A stretch of DNA of 55,105 bases from the NCBI GenBank assembly GCA_030141605.1, contig JAQGDQ010000779.1, positions 41,354 through 96,458 of the forward strand, written 5' to 3'. The stretch is from Tubiluchus corallicola (Eukaryota; Animalia; Priapulida). The position numbers were made by a program, and so were the translations under genes. This document shows positions 29,815-43,495 of this stretch, in pieces (position 1 is the stretch's first letter; every line of letters starts with the position of its first letter). The notes beneath the pieces are model-generated. The model was not told the DNA's origin and did not search any database. It was given only the letters and a program-made list of their open reading frames with translations.

Positions 29815-30733
29815 TTGAAGAAAAACGAGTTGCACTAAAAAGAACAATAATTTATCCTTGTCTAAAAATGCTAAAAAAATTAACCTGTAATTTTTTTATT
29901 TTAAGATATAATAATAAATTTAAGAGACCACGTCATGCACACTCTACTCATGGACAATAATACCACTGAATTTTAAACAAAGTTAAACGTCATAATAACG
30001 TCATCCAATTACACAGTAGAAATTCGCACCATCACATTCTTTGCATTCTTTTCATTAAAAAACTAAACAGCCGTATTGTCAAATAAGCAAATACATCTAA
30101 TTCTTTATATTTACTTTTATTATGCAACCATGTTTATGAAAATAATTAGTTGATTATACACAAAAATATGTAGACATAAATATGTTAAAGAATTAACATT
30201 TTTCTCTACCTATGCAGATAATTTAGACAATTTAATGTAATTCATTAATTTAACTTGAAATGGCGAACAGCACTTGGCAAATGGCATGTTTTCTTCAAAT
30301 ATACAGATGACAGACAGATTCATGGAAGGTAGTTGAAGTTAAGTATCAAACTATCATCAATAAATCTGTAAGATATATTTACATATGAATATTTATGGAT
30401 GCCAAATTTGTTAAAGTGCATTATCTTTAACACTATTTTACAAAGCACAAAATCTTATAGAACGTTCGTTGTTTGATAAACATGCAATGAAAATGATTTT
30501 TCCCTATGAATCGTACTTGAGAAAAAAGTATCATTGTTCATACAAAACTTACAAAATTTACCTTATAAGAACTGCTTAACAAAGCTGAGTGTGTTGTACC
30601 AGCTAATGGCAGGGTAGATAAGTCTAACCCTGCTGATTAATATTAATTATAAATTCAGAAATTCTGGCATGATGATGTTGCGGTGACCCATCCAAAAATT
30701 TTGTTTGAGATTAAATACAATTTGGGAAAAATC

Positions 30734-33700
30734 TTAGCAAACTAAGTAGCCATTGAATATGCTTCCATAAGAAGCATTCTGAATGGTGGAACCATCACTC
30801 CCATATGTGACATAGACTTCATCTCCTGTTTCGAGATGAAGAATAACAGTCTTTGTTATTTCAAGCCAGAGATCATCACCTGCAACAAAATAATAATATT
30901 TTTAAGTACAACTTGTGTAAGAGCGAATACTAGTCACAAGGATGCATCAGTTTATATCAATGTCAGGATTATTGTTAACATCACAAACCGAGAATTGAAA
31001 AAATTTAGATACCAAACTTGAAAAATAGGAAATACGAAAAAGTTATAGGCAGGATGGATTTGAACTAGCGCCCTGTTGCTTGCAAGGCAAACGCTCAGCA
31101 CCACATTCCCTGGTGATCATGGTTATCCATTATATTACAGCTGGTTAACTAAATTAGCACTTAAAAAGTTAAAGCACTCAAACTAGACAGATTTATTTTA
31201 ACTAATTTGAATATTTTTGGTTTAATTTGATTAATTATTGTAGTATTTCATTAAACCAAGTTTTTCAACCTGCGGTATTAAATTTTAATGTTTTGTATGT
31301 TGTAATGCAGACAGAATGATGATGAGTGGCTGTCATGCCATAGTTGTGACATAGTGACTGTTTTCTAATTTTGATTGCCTCAATTTTGCAGGCTATGTAA
31401 AAACTTTAGAGGACCAACTCAATGACGTACATCATTTTAAGTGGCCTTTACGTAACATGCAGATGCAGTTGCATTTTGGTGGATGCGGAATAGACAAAAT
31501 CGGTTTATTATATTATATCATTTGTGGAGGCTGCGGATGTGTTATTATTTTTCTCCAGCAATTCCGTATTAATTTTTTCCACAGTTTTGCAAGTAGAAAA
31601 TGCATCAACATATGCATCCGATTTCTTAGAATGCCAAGTTAGACGAGACCCCTGAACTCGAACCCAGGAATAAAATGGCACAAGACTTTGTTTAAAAGAC
31701 AGAATTACAGTCTCTTAACCTCAATAGATGGTCAAGCTGAAGTGCAATTGGACACCTTTGGTCATTCTCGTCCACCTTACAGACCACATCGTACTTAACA
31801 TGACAGTGATGAGGAAACAATCAGATTTTATCCTCTGCTGCATGATAGTCTTACACAGTTGGAAATCGAAACTTGCATGCTGGCAAACATTCTACTGAAG
31901 TCTCACCAGTTAGTTGTACCACTGGAATCGTTAGCTGTTGCCTAGTACTGAACAATTAAGCCTCGTGTTAACCACTAACCAAGAGATGGGACTGGTTGCA
32001 GCCCGTATTTTTCTGTATTAACTCAAAGTGCTCTTGCTCCATAAATAAATACATAAATCTCTTTTTACAGCACTTTAGGTTTGCAAACTCGTAATTAAGG
32101 GTGCACCAATAAAACCTGCCAATAAAGTAAAACTTAAACGAATCAAAATTTCATCCAAACTCAACCGACTAAAAGAAAATCTTAAACTCTACTAAATAAT
32201 TTTGTAGCCTCGTGCACAGACTAATGATATTTGAAATTATGCAACAAAAACTGTTATCTTCCTTTTGCACTGCATTTGGAAATCTTGTTGTCACGTTGCG
32301 GAAGGCATTATTCAGCTTTCCTTTATTATGCTAACTCCATTCAAAGTGGGAGCCTTGATTTTAAAGGGAGGGGGCGGAGCTTTTACCCTATTATGTGTTT
32401 AAACTTTCGTTCATTCAAGGACACAGAACATGTTATTTTAAATGCTCTTCAAAATAAAAACATCTATAAATCGAAATTCAATCATCTCACCTGAACGAAA
32501 TTCACAAATCCTACCTTCCGATTGGCTGAAATTTAAATACTTACCTGTTTCACCTGTGCAAAATCTATATAAACAAGTGCCGCCTTCTGATTCCTTGAGT
32601 TCAGTGGTTGCTGGTATTAGTGGTCTCCTAACTGTTTGGGTGCCAATGTGAAGTAACCCCTCAAGGGTAGATTCCTTTTTTATGTTTTATGTATAGCCAG
32701 GTAGTTGTTCATTTCGATTACAAAAATTCTTTCTTACATTAACATTTTAATTTTACAAAATCACTAAATTAGTCAAGATTATGGGCGGGACTTATGCCAC
32801 TCATTCAATGCTAATTAATGTCTCTCAGGCATTTGGTTCACTAATCTCGTTTCAGGATGAGGTACTCAAACCATGGCGTCTCGCCCACCGATAGCTCTGG
32901 TTCAAACCATTCAGGAGCTATTACAACTACCCTGCTGGCTAGTACCGACGAACAGTATTTTTTGCTATTTTATGTTTCACTTATGCATTTTTGTTTAAGT
33001 ATAACAATACTTCTTTTACAAATTATTATTATCAGACGAATTAAAATGAAGAAAACATAATTATGTTAATGAATAATTAAACTAGAATTGCAAATAAGGT
33101 GAGTGAGCTTTAAACAATCAATAAGTAATTGACAAATGGGATGGACGGTCATCAACTTGTGAATGAATGAACAAATGAACGTATGAAATTTAATGAATAT
33201 GATATTATTGTAGAAAATTAGTTTATGTAAAAAATTGTTTAGTTAAAACTCTTGAGTAATGAATGTGTTAGCATGGATGTAGACAAGGTGCCTCATTGCA
33301 AATAGTTTACTAAACAAGTTTACCTGGATGATGGAGATAAACAACATTATTCCCATTATGCTTAAGATAGGCAACATGACCTGATGAGCTTCTGCCAGCC
33401 TGTACATTCACTTCAAATGAGTAAGTACCAGTAACAGGTGCTTTGAATTTTCCTGTAAAGTAAAAAACCAAATTAATGTTTATGTCTTTATCTAATGAAT
33501 AAATTTAATTAAAAAAGTACCCAGAAGTTAATCCAAAGGTGCACATATGTGATCTTTGTTCTTTTATTGTGTAACGTAATGTAAAATTTGTTCATACTAT
33601 GTACTATCGTACATAAAATCTTAGCGCTAAATAAAAATATGCATTTAAAAATCAAAATATTGAACTGCTGTCTATTTGCAACAGAGGCAGGGAGGATAAT

Positions 33701-35812
33701 ACTGCAGCCCTAACAGAGTTGTGTCGCACATTTATGCTTAAGCTAACAAATGTTTAAGCTGAAACAAAATTATTGATTCATATAATTGAATTAAATTGAA
33801 TTATCGATTTATTATTAAGCACATTGCAAACACAGCATACCGAAATAACAACTCTGGAAAAAATGACACAGGTGGCTCGTTTGTTGCAAAGCCTGTGAGT
33901 GTAAACAGAGCTGGATAAGAGAACACCACTGACCACTGACAAGGATCTACAGTACACCTTCCCTTTTCAGAAGCTCCCTTTGTGCATGTGATTAGTTGTT
34001 TTTACTACTACACAGTCAGAATTTCAATCTGCTCTAGGTAAAGGCACATTCACATGCACACCTGAGAGGTTTACTGCATTCCCTTGTCAGCACTTACGTT
34101 TACCCATATTTAATTTCATTTTTTTTAAATTTAATTTTAATTTTTTCATTAGCCTACTCCAGCACTGAGTTTGCTCCCCCCGCCCATGCCCCCTCAATCC
34201 TGACAAAGAAGTTTCCTCTTTGATTGGGAGGAAGTAAAAAGCACCACCCTCAGAAACTGAAATGCAAAACAGACTGAAAAACTAAGTCTTAGAGAAAAAC
34301 AATTATGTGAAACGATTACTGAATTCGAAATTAAAACTTGAAAATAATATCATTTTCTTGTTCAATTAAGTTAAAGTCAATCGTCGTATTTCACATAACA
34401 GCTTTTTATAACAGCGAACCGACTTAGAAAACTACCAACAAAGTATGTCTCAGTTGTCTTCGTAAAGTATGTAAAAATAAATGCAATGAGATCATCCATT
34501 ATCCGTTAAGCAATTCATACGATCTGCATTACGCAACGGTTCATTCAGTATGAATCACCATAGCTTGAAAGGCAACTGTGACATCAACTGCAATGGTAAG
34601 GTGTGAACCAGCCTTTAACAAGCCAATGCAGTTTTAATACTACGGCTATAATGCCTTGGTTAGGTTGCTTCTCTGTAAAATACAAATGCTAGTGTTCTTG
34701 TCAAATGCACAGGGAATTCCACGATTTTTCGTAACAAATCCAGCATAAAATTTATTCAACATAAGTATTAGCTTCTGTGATGAAAAAAGGTGCAACAGAT
34801 GGAAAAAGTAGTAAGTATTGTATTTGTAAGGCCATCTTAATTTGTACCGAGAACAAACATTTTTGCAAGACAAATCTGCATCAATGATAAAAATCAGCAT
34901 CTTTGATAAAAATCAGAATCTTTGATAAATTCGTTTGTAAAGTTCAAATGCAAATGTAACTTAGCACCCCATGATCAGTAACAATATTGGCAACTTTAAC
35001 TTGTAAAAGAATAATTTTAACACCTTGCGCCATGTTTGACTGAACTTAGGGTTGGTCAGTGGTCAAATTTCATCAGTTGTGAAGCTAAAAATAGGACCAC
35101 GAAAGAAAGGAAATTAAGCAAAACAAATATAGGGTATAGCTAGTGGCAGATTATGTCCCTTTGGAGCACCTAGACTAAATAACTTTTAAATATTTTGCAA
35201 ATCAAATTAACGCATAGGCCTATCTAAACACAACCATGGTGAAAAAGTGTATTTTTATACCCAGCATTATGACAATAAAACAATAAAAATAAAAATAAGT
35301 TTGTCATATTGATATCATTTCAGTTTATGAAACAATTTAAAAGCTTTAACATTTGGAAAATTAAAATCGTTGTTTTATAAAAATTCTAAGATTCTAAAAT
35401 CAATCATTGTCTATATTTAAAACATGGTAAGTCAATGGACTGGGACTCCAGGATTCACAGCTTGCCCCAAATGCACACACACGCATGCGCGCACACACCC
35501 ACACCCACCCACCCACACACACAAACGTACATGCATATGAGGTGAGTATTTTCCAATAAATCCTGCTAGGACATTAATGTTGTGTGGAATCAAAATGTCA
35601 GCCAGACCATTTCAATAATGTTTAGATGGTATGATGATAGAAGCAAATATTATATTATTTTCATGTTGGGACGCATTGTTAACTTATAGCAAACCACATA
35701 CCCGTGGACGACGAATATACATTTCCATAATTGATTCGGATCCCTCTAAATTTCACGATGTCTCCACGGCTTCCAGTGCTGCTTTGTGGTGAATCAACAG
35801 AGAAAGCAAAGG
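30734..35812 (-). CDS. Spliced C1q-domain protein; exons 35702-35812, 33324-33452, 30734-30879
   Basis: Phase-compatible GT-AG exons give FAFSV...IVKFRGIRINYGNVYSSSTG|KFKAPVTGTYSFEVNV...LKHNG...|...VILHLETGDEVYV...SIFNGYLVC*. Confidence 0.85.
31046..31113 (-). repeat. Degenerate tRNA-derived (Ala-like) SINE head or tRNA pseudogene
   Basis: Minus strand shows GAGCG-TTTGC-CTTGCAA-GCAAC...GTTCAAATCC (anticodon-arm-like and B-box-like), with poor stem pairing. Confidence 0.35.
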
Positions 35813-36584
35813 CTGAAATGAGAATATTTCTTGTCATTTTTATCATCTCGAGCTGGTCAATATTACTATGTCATCACAGTCAAAGATGTTTCTACAATTA
35901 TCACCATCCTTTCCATTATCCAGAGTAATTTGGTACCAACAACATGGATTAGCCACAATCTATTCAGTGCATCAATCATTGTGAACTCATATCAATACGT
36001 TGTTAAACATCATTGTGCCGTCAATGGTGACTCAAAATGAGGGGTTGAACTTTGTAACCCAGGATGGTTTGCCCTAAAAATAGGACAGGAATAGGAGGAG
36101 GCATAAACAAAATTACAAGTAAGAAAGAATCAAGACTACATGAAATTGTCCAATGAGAAACAAGATCAGTGAATTATGGTGGATATTGAAATGTTTTTTT
36201 AATTTACAGCTGACATGTTAGCATTAATGCTATTCTGCTACGTCTTGCTGTATTTGTTTGTATTTATGGTATCAGGATGAGCAAATGGGCTAATAAAGTC
36301 CTCTGTTGTTCTATAAACAGTTTCACTCTGTCGAGTTGCTCACATCAACCCTCAGCGACTCCTGCCAGTAATTCCGGATATTGCTAGATTTGTTCATAAC
36401 ATGCATTGAAAGTGAAGCACAAAGGAAAAACACATTAGCCAACCCAAGTCAGATGCTTAGAGACCGTTTGCATGATAAGACAACAATGCTTGTTGCACTA
36501 GAGAGAATTAAAAATGAATTTGCAAAAATGAAAATATAAATTAAAGTAATCAGATTGTAAGCTAAGAAAAGGGTTAACACAAAC

Positions 36585-36775
36585 TTTTGAGATGTAGTTT
36601 CTTAGTGGATACTTTCTGGAAGCATTACTGGATAATTGTAAAATATTGTGATCCAGTTTCCAGGTGAAGGTTGGTGGTGGATTAGCTTCAGTTTCACATT
36701 TCAGCTCCAATGTTGATAACATTACAATCTCTAAACTTCCAGTAATAATACTGAGATTTGCAGTGTGTGGTTTGT
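36585..36775 (-). CDS. Exon encoding the first half of an immunoglobulin domain
   Basis: AG/GT bounded; LELKCETEANPPPTFTWK is the Ig B/C-strand signature. Confidence 0.7.
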
Positions 36776-37601
36776 CTAATAAAAATAAATCATAAAATTT
36801 TACTCAGGATATTAAACACAGAGCTTGTAGACATAATAAGTAGACATCTTGTTTTTCTTTTTACTTTGTAGTTTTTGCTATTGTTAACTGCCTTTTTGCG
36901 AAACTGTTATTGATAGTTGTGGTAATGACCTGTTTTGATTTATCTAAACGAACTAAAAAGTAAATAAAAGTAGTAAAAAATAATCATAATAATTTACTCC
37001 ATTTCGTATGAGATTTTGTTGTCGGAATACTTGAAATCTATGTATATTGTGATCAACATGGAAAACCATAATGCCTATGTAGACCCCGTAACATCAAACC
37101 TTAGAACCGCTGGTTTTTCAAGTGAACTCTTCGACATTGCAACTTCTCTAAAGACATATTAATTACACATATGTTGTTGATTTTTCAGGTTCATATGCCT
37201 TGTTGCCCTCTGGTAAATTGCAGGACAACAACTGCCCACATATGTTGCCTAACCCCTTTTATTTTTAATAAAAGATGATGCAACAAGTTAGGCAGATTTG
37301 GGGATGAGTTGGGAGGTAAACAACCATAAATGCACTCTCACCATAAATGTCTACTAGCTCCCAACAATGTGCGTTTCTATTACGTGTGCTTACATTAAAT
37401 GAGGGAAACTCCAGGTATCCCATGCTGTCATGGAGTCTCAAGGGTCTAATTACTAGTTTCTGTGACTTTCATTTTAACAGGTTAGTACGAAAGCCTTAAA
37501 GGAGCTGTGAAGACTAGACGAAGCCAAGTTTCCGGAAAGTCAGTAAGTCTGGTTGAAAGACATGGCTTCTTATTTGAACCTTGAATTGCACGTACTAGAC
37601 A

Positions 37602-38061
37602 TCTTAGACATCATCAATCCCTGCTCACTCTTCTTAGACGTCTTCAATCCCTGCCCGCTCTTCTTAGACATCTTAAATCCCTGCCCGCTCTTCTTAGTTG
37701 TCTTCAAGCCCTGCTCTCACTTCTTATACATCATCAAGCCCTGCTCTCACTTCTTATCAAGCCCTACTCACTCTTCTTAGACATCATCAAGCTCTGCTCA
37801 CTCTTCTTAGACGTCTTCAATCCCTGCCCGCTCTTCTTAGACGTCTTCAATCCCTGCCCGCTCTTCTTAGACATCATCAAGACCTGCTCTCACTTCTTAG
37901 ACGTCATCAAGCCCTGCTCTCACTTCTTAGACGTTATCAAGCTGTACTCACTCTTCTTAGACGTCATCAAGCCCTGCTCACTCTTCTTAGACATCATCAA
38001 GCCCTGCTCACTCTTCTTAGACATCTCCAAGCATTGCTTATACTTCTTAGATGTCATCAAG
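37602..38061. repeat. 30-bp minisatellite, about 15 copies
   Basis: Unit TCTTAGACRTCATCAAGCCCTGCTCACTCT. Confidence 0.9.
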
Positions 38062-39871
38062 ACACAACAATCTGATACAGTGTGGCCTCAAGTCTACTCT
38101 ATTTTTAGGGAGTCTTAATTTGGCCTTGGTGATCAGTTTTCCTGGAATAGGAACCCACCCAGGCAGTAGCAAGCAGGCGATCAATGAATTAGTGTGTATG
38201 ATCACGCAAGTCTACGCCAGATTAAGCTCAATAGGCCAAGTTGTAGTGACTGAAAAGGATGTGTTTTTCTTAATTTCATCCAATCATACCACTTATAAAC
38301 GTTTAAACAAATAGCATGATTGGATAGCCGAGATTATCCTGAATAGAGCTGTACATAATTTGTAATCATTTAGTTATGTCTGTGCTATTACAGTCAGAGG
38401 TCTTATAAGATCTATTTTGAGTGGTGTGGTCCTGAAGGAGTTAACAGATTGATTCGTCCCGCAATGGAGAAGCTTAATGGCTTTGATTTTCCAGTATTCT
38501 GGCAGCTCAATGACTCCGTGTGGAAGGCAATAAAAATACGGCTATATTCTTATTCACGTGCTCCAAATGTTGATATAGCTGATTGATCATCGTGTTTGCA
38601 GGGTCAGGACAGAAAGTGTGGGGTCACTGATTGGACATCGTTCGTTACCCCTCCCTAGCTATTATTCGTGATTCGGCAATTTCATTCAGATTATAAAATA
38701 CTTAAAATAACAATTAAGCATTAAATATTCAGACCGACATACAGAATGAGTGTAAGTGAAATCAGTTTTGTTACTTTTGTACATATACACGTACGCAAGA
38801 TGGTCTACTTCTAATTTAAAAACAAAGTTTAATATTGTTAAAGGGAGAACGGATGATTGTTTAGACTCAATCTCACTTTAATTTACTGTCGGAAAAAATA
38901 TCAATTGTTCCTTATGTTTGAATAATTAGCTTAGAAAGTTAATGAACGGCAGCCGAACACACCCATTGCTTGTCAGAAACAAACCACAGTTTGTGCAATG
39001 GCAGGTGTCTTCCCGTTCGCGTCAAACACTTTTGCATTACTTTGCGTTCTTCGCGAGCAGCGCACAGGATCATGGGTAAAATGATGTTATTCGATGTGTA
39101 AACAAACCCTTGTGGCAAATTATATTATCGTCAGTTTCAACAACAACTTTAATGATGTAGAGTGCTGCAAAGTTGAGTTGACTAACAAAATAAAATGAAT
39201 TTTTAGAAATCAGTATGGTGCCAACAACAATGACAGCAAATCTAGTCTGATGTCATAGTGTAGTGTGGCACAGCTCGGCTTAAGGAGTATGATATTCGGT
39301 TAAAGTGCCACCTATCATTGACTTCGGCAACTAATTTTATTTCACTTTTTTACATAAAAAATGTTGGGTTCAGCTTTGACATTATCTTGAGGCTATTTGT
39401 AATTCAAATTTAAACTGAGTAAAAGCAAGAACCAAGAACAAGTGAACTAAGATTAAACAACAATTTATTTTATTGGCTTTGCTATAAAATACAGCTAATT
39501 TTAGTTAGGTGAAATCCACAATCATCAAAACAATTCTTGTTTCTAGTTAAAGAAATCTTTCTATAGCAATTGCAATTGGTCATGCAAAGAATGCTAGAGT
39601 CCAGGTTTCAGTAAGATTAAGCAGTCGCAATTTTCTTGCCAATCCTGTGTATATGTACTATGTTCCTGTTCCACATTTAACTAAAAGTGAGCAAAACTAT
39701 GATCCAGTCTCTTCTTTCACTTATTTGTATAAGATCTCGAATAACCCCGGATCAATAACTAGCTGACTTGTGATCTGCAACTTTTTTCAAGTAGAACTTT
39801 ATATTTTTGCTGATTCAGTCCAAATTATTTTTCTGCTTTTGCATAGTTTGCTAGCTTTTAGCTAGATATCT

Positions 39872-40620
39872 TGAACTCTTAATTCTGCAGCTCTTTTAAT
39901 TCTGCAACTCTTTTAATTCTGGAACTCTTTTCAATTCTGGAACTCTTTCATTCCAGGAATTTTCTGCAACTCTTTTCAATTCTGCAAGTCTTTTAATTCT
40001 GGAACTCTTTTAAATTCTGCAACTCTTTTAATTCTGCAACTCTTTTCAATTCTGGAACTCTTTTTAATTCTGGACCGCTTTAATTTTGCAACTCTTTTCA
40101 ATTCTCGAACTCTTTCAATTCTGGAACTCTTTTAATTCTGCAAATCTTTTGAATTCTGGAACTCTTTTTAATTCTGGAACTCTTTAATTCTGGAACTCTT
40201 TTTAATTCTGGAACTCTTTTAATTCTGCAACTCTTTTCAATTCAGGAACTCTTTCAATTCTGCAACTCTTTTCAATTCTGGAACTCTTTTATTCCAGGAA
40301 TTTTCTGCAATTCTTTTAATTCCAGGAACTTTCTGCAACTCTTTTAATTCCAGGAACTTTCTGCAACTCTTTGAATTCCAGGAACTTTCTGCAACTCTTT
40401 GAATTCCAGGAACTTTCTGCAACTCTTTTAATTCCAGGAACTCCTGGAACTCTTTTGATCTTGGATTTTCCTGGAACTTTCAGCAACTCTTTTAAATCTA
40501 GAAACTTTCTGGAACTCTTTTTGTCTCTGCAACTGCTTTAATCCTGGAACTCTTTTCTAGCTTCTCTTTTGGTTTCTAGAACCTAGTGTTTCTGGAACTC
40601 TTTTCTAGGTTCTAGATTCC
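39872..40620. repeat. Degenerate 17-27-bp tandem repeat
   Basis: Recurrent TTCTG(C/G)AACTCTTTT(C)AA, grading into TTCCAGGAACTTTCTGCAACTCTTT. Confidence 0.85.
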
Positions 40621-42527
40621 TGACACATTCCAGCTAGTTTTGAAAGCTAGCTTTATCTAGTAAGTTAAAACTTACTTCTCATCCTGCTTCTCTTCCATGT
40701 TTAGATGAATGTTTAGTTGCTGTAGCTCTTTATCACTTTGAAAGTGTTCGGATATGTGTGGTCAATGGCCTGGCCCTCCATTTATATAGCCGCCTGAGCG
40801 TCGGCGTCGCTAAGTTCCCATGGATAGTGCATTGTAACCGGGGGGTGGGCTGTTCATTACACTTTGTTACTTTCAGTCTTCTAATTATAATTTCATCAAT
40901 TCGCTTTGCTCTTTTTAACAGCGCATATGTTTATCTACATTTAATCTAATTCATCAGCATATGTTTGATCCTTTTTGTTTTTATTTTCTTGTTTTCCAAA
41001 ACGGGAATTCACCGGGTTGTGAAGTTTCATCTGCGTGTGTTTATCTTTCGGTCAGCACCTGGTGGGTTCGCCAAATAACGAAGATGTGCCTAACATAAGC
41101 GCATCCATAATGGCTGCGCCCATAGCGCATGTAAACAATATTGAAATTCCGATGATTATATTTTTTAGAGAATATTACAATAGTATGCAAAGGTTCCAAA
41201 GGATATAGAGCGATAATGTTAATATTTTTTCCAATTTTGAATGCTTAATTATGTAATAGTAACTGTTACAACCTTAAGAAGTCAATGTTTCTTAAATTAA
41301 ATTATCAGCAATAACTTTGCAAACTCACCAGTGTCTAATAATCATATTTATGCCCACTGAAGGATAGCTGACTAGGTGACCTAAAGACAAAAACAACAAA
41401 CTGAATAAAAAAATTAAACAAAAATTAATTATTACAAAGCTATTATAATTTACAGGTTTTCTGCAGTGGGAGCATGCTGAAAATGAAAACAGTTGTCGAT
41501 ACGTGAAGGATTCTGGCTATCATCAAACCAAATTACAAAAGAAGACTATTGTCAGTGCCACAGGAGTGGTGTATATAAAGGACTTGGGTAAAGCAAGCAG
41601 CATGTGAAAGTGCAAGGATCAATGAGGCTAAGATTTAAATGCTCTGCAAGACTAACAGTCTGGACTAATAAAAATGGTAAGAAATTGTAGCTGTAAACTA
41701 GTTGACAATTTTTCTGACAAGTAGAAACTGAGTTTTGCAAATCTCAGTTTGGAACGCTATTCAGTAAACTAAAATTCATTAGTGATTCATTACTTACTTT
41801 CGATTATGGATGCATTCGTTAATTTACTTTTGCATAACTAAAACTATAGATGTCTTCAAGTTACCAGAAGTTTCTAGTTACTAAAAGCTAAATACAGTAC
41901 TATCCATCTTTCTGGTGAAAGTGCAAAGTATTTTTTTACATATGAAAGCTGAATAAGGAAACTTGTAAAAGACTCATATTATAATTATTTAATTCATATT
42001 ATACTCACATTCATATTATTTTTTTAATTTGCTATATTGGGTTCATTTCTATTAGCTTTTTTTATTGTAAATATATACAGATTAATACTAACTATAGTAG
42101 TAACTTTTTCAGGAACAAAAGTAATATACTAAGTGATCCACTCACATAGCTTGAGTGGCATCAGTCATTTAATTTTACGGAAGGAAGAACAGCATGAAAT
42201 AGTGGACATGTTGCCAATAAGAACATCCATTGACAAAATTGGACAACCTTGAAGCCAAAGTGTGTTGAGAGAGGAAATTTATTTTTACTGTACGTAAAAC
42301 ATAAGTAGACATTGACAAGCTGCAAGCATCGACTTAGCATTATTGTAATTCCAGAGCTGTGTTACTGTTGTAGCAAACTGATATGGTTGCAATTTTAATA
42401 TGAAGTCTGCTTTAGCTGTTCGCATTGTAAATGCTTGTCCAATTGTATGCGTAAATCAAACACTGTGACATACAATAGCAGTATTAACTAAAATCTTTAT
42501 AAGGATTTGAAATTTGGCTCCCTTGAT

Positions 42528-43495
42528 TTACATGTCAACATGTGTGCAAAAGCTTAGCTTAAAATGTTTGTGTTTCCAAGCATATATCAATGGATTGGCC
42601 ATTGAGTTAATAAAAACCATAGCATAGCAAAAAAGCTCCACATAGAAGTTTTCTTTTCTGTCCGTGGCATACATGAAAAACATGCCTGTTACATTAATCG
42701 GCATCCAGCAGATCGCAAACGTCCCAGCAACAACGAACATTATCTTTGCAGACTTGATGTTTTGCAGTGGCTGAAAACTCTGTTGCGAAACTGGATTAAT
42801 CTGTCTTTGGTGACGATTTGCAATTAACATAATTCTTGCATAGCCAATGAAAACAAACAACATTGCTGTGATACCATACATGTTAAAAGCAAAGAAATGC
42901 ATTGGATGTGTCATATTGTAAAAAGAACAGTAAACAAGTGGACTTGTCATGCATTGCCCATACAAAATAATCAATCCATAAAATGCTGCTCATATCCGTG
43001 TTATAGTAATGAGAATAACAATGTGCGAAGACTGTATTTTTGAAAGGAAAGATGGATGTACTATTGCAATATAACGTTCAGCCGTGATCACGATAAGGGT
43101 TGTGATTGAACATGTGCCACAAATAAGTGAGAACACCACAATAAATAAGCACTTATTTGCAGAAATAACATTCATGTGCAAGATGCCGTCTACAAGCATC
43201 AATGCCATGCTGCCAAACAATCCATCACCCATCTGAAAACAAGTTTAAAGTGAAGATGATTAAACACAACACACAGTAGAAGATTAAAATTTGCTTATGA
43301 ACAATCCATCCCCACTGACAAATTAAGCAACAGTCAATTCTACGTTGTTTGCAACTTTTTATATTTGAGAATAGCAGTGACAACAAGCATATTTAGAACA
43401 ATGATGTGTCCAATAATTATGAATAATGTGCTGAAAAATGCAGTTGCGAGTACAAAAGTGTTGCTAGTTACACTTTGATTAGTGCCGTTATTCAT
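42528..43495 (-). pseudogene. Rhodopsin-class GPCR pseudogene
   Basis: MNNGTNQS start, LLLNLSVGD, AERYIAIVHP, FAICWMP and NSMANPLIYAW motifs; in-frame stops and an 80-bp insertion. Confidence 0.85.

Noticed and set aside
28160-29960. ORFs within the 46-bp satellite (also 37553-38075 and 40237-40422)
   Set aside because: Products of tandem repeats lacking stops; no coding evidence.
32540-32680. Exon-like segment ending in GTAAGT inside the C1q intron
   Set aside because: No recognisable protein motif, and the C1q exons splice in phase without it.
38090-38640. Possible very degraded LINE RNase H / C-terminal fragment on the minus strand
   Set aside because: Only faint motif resemblance with many stops; cannot be supported by eye.
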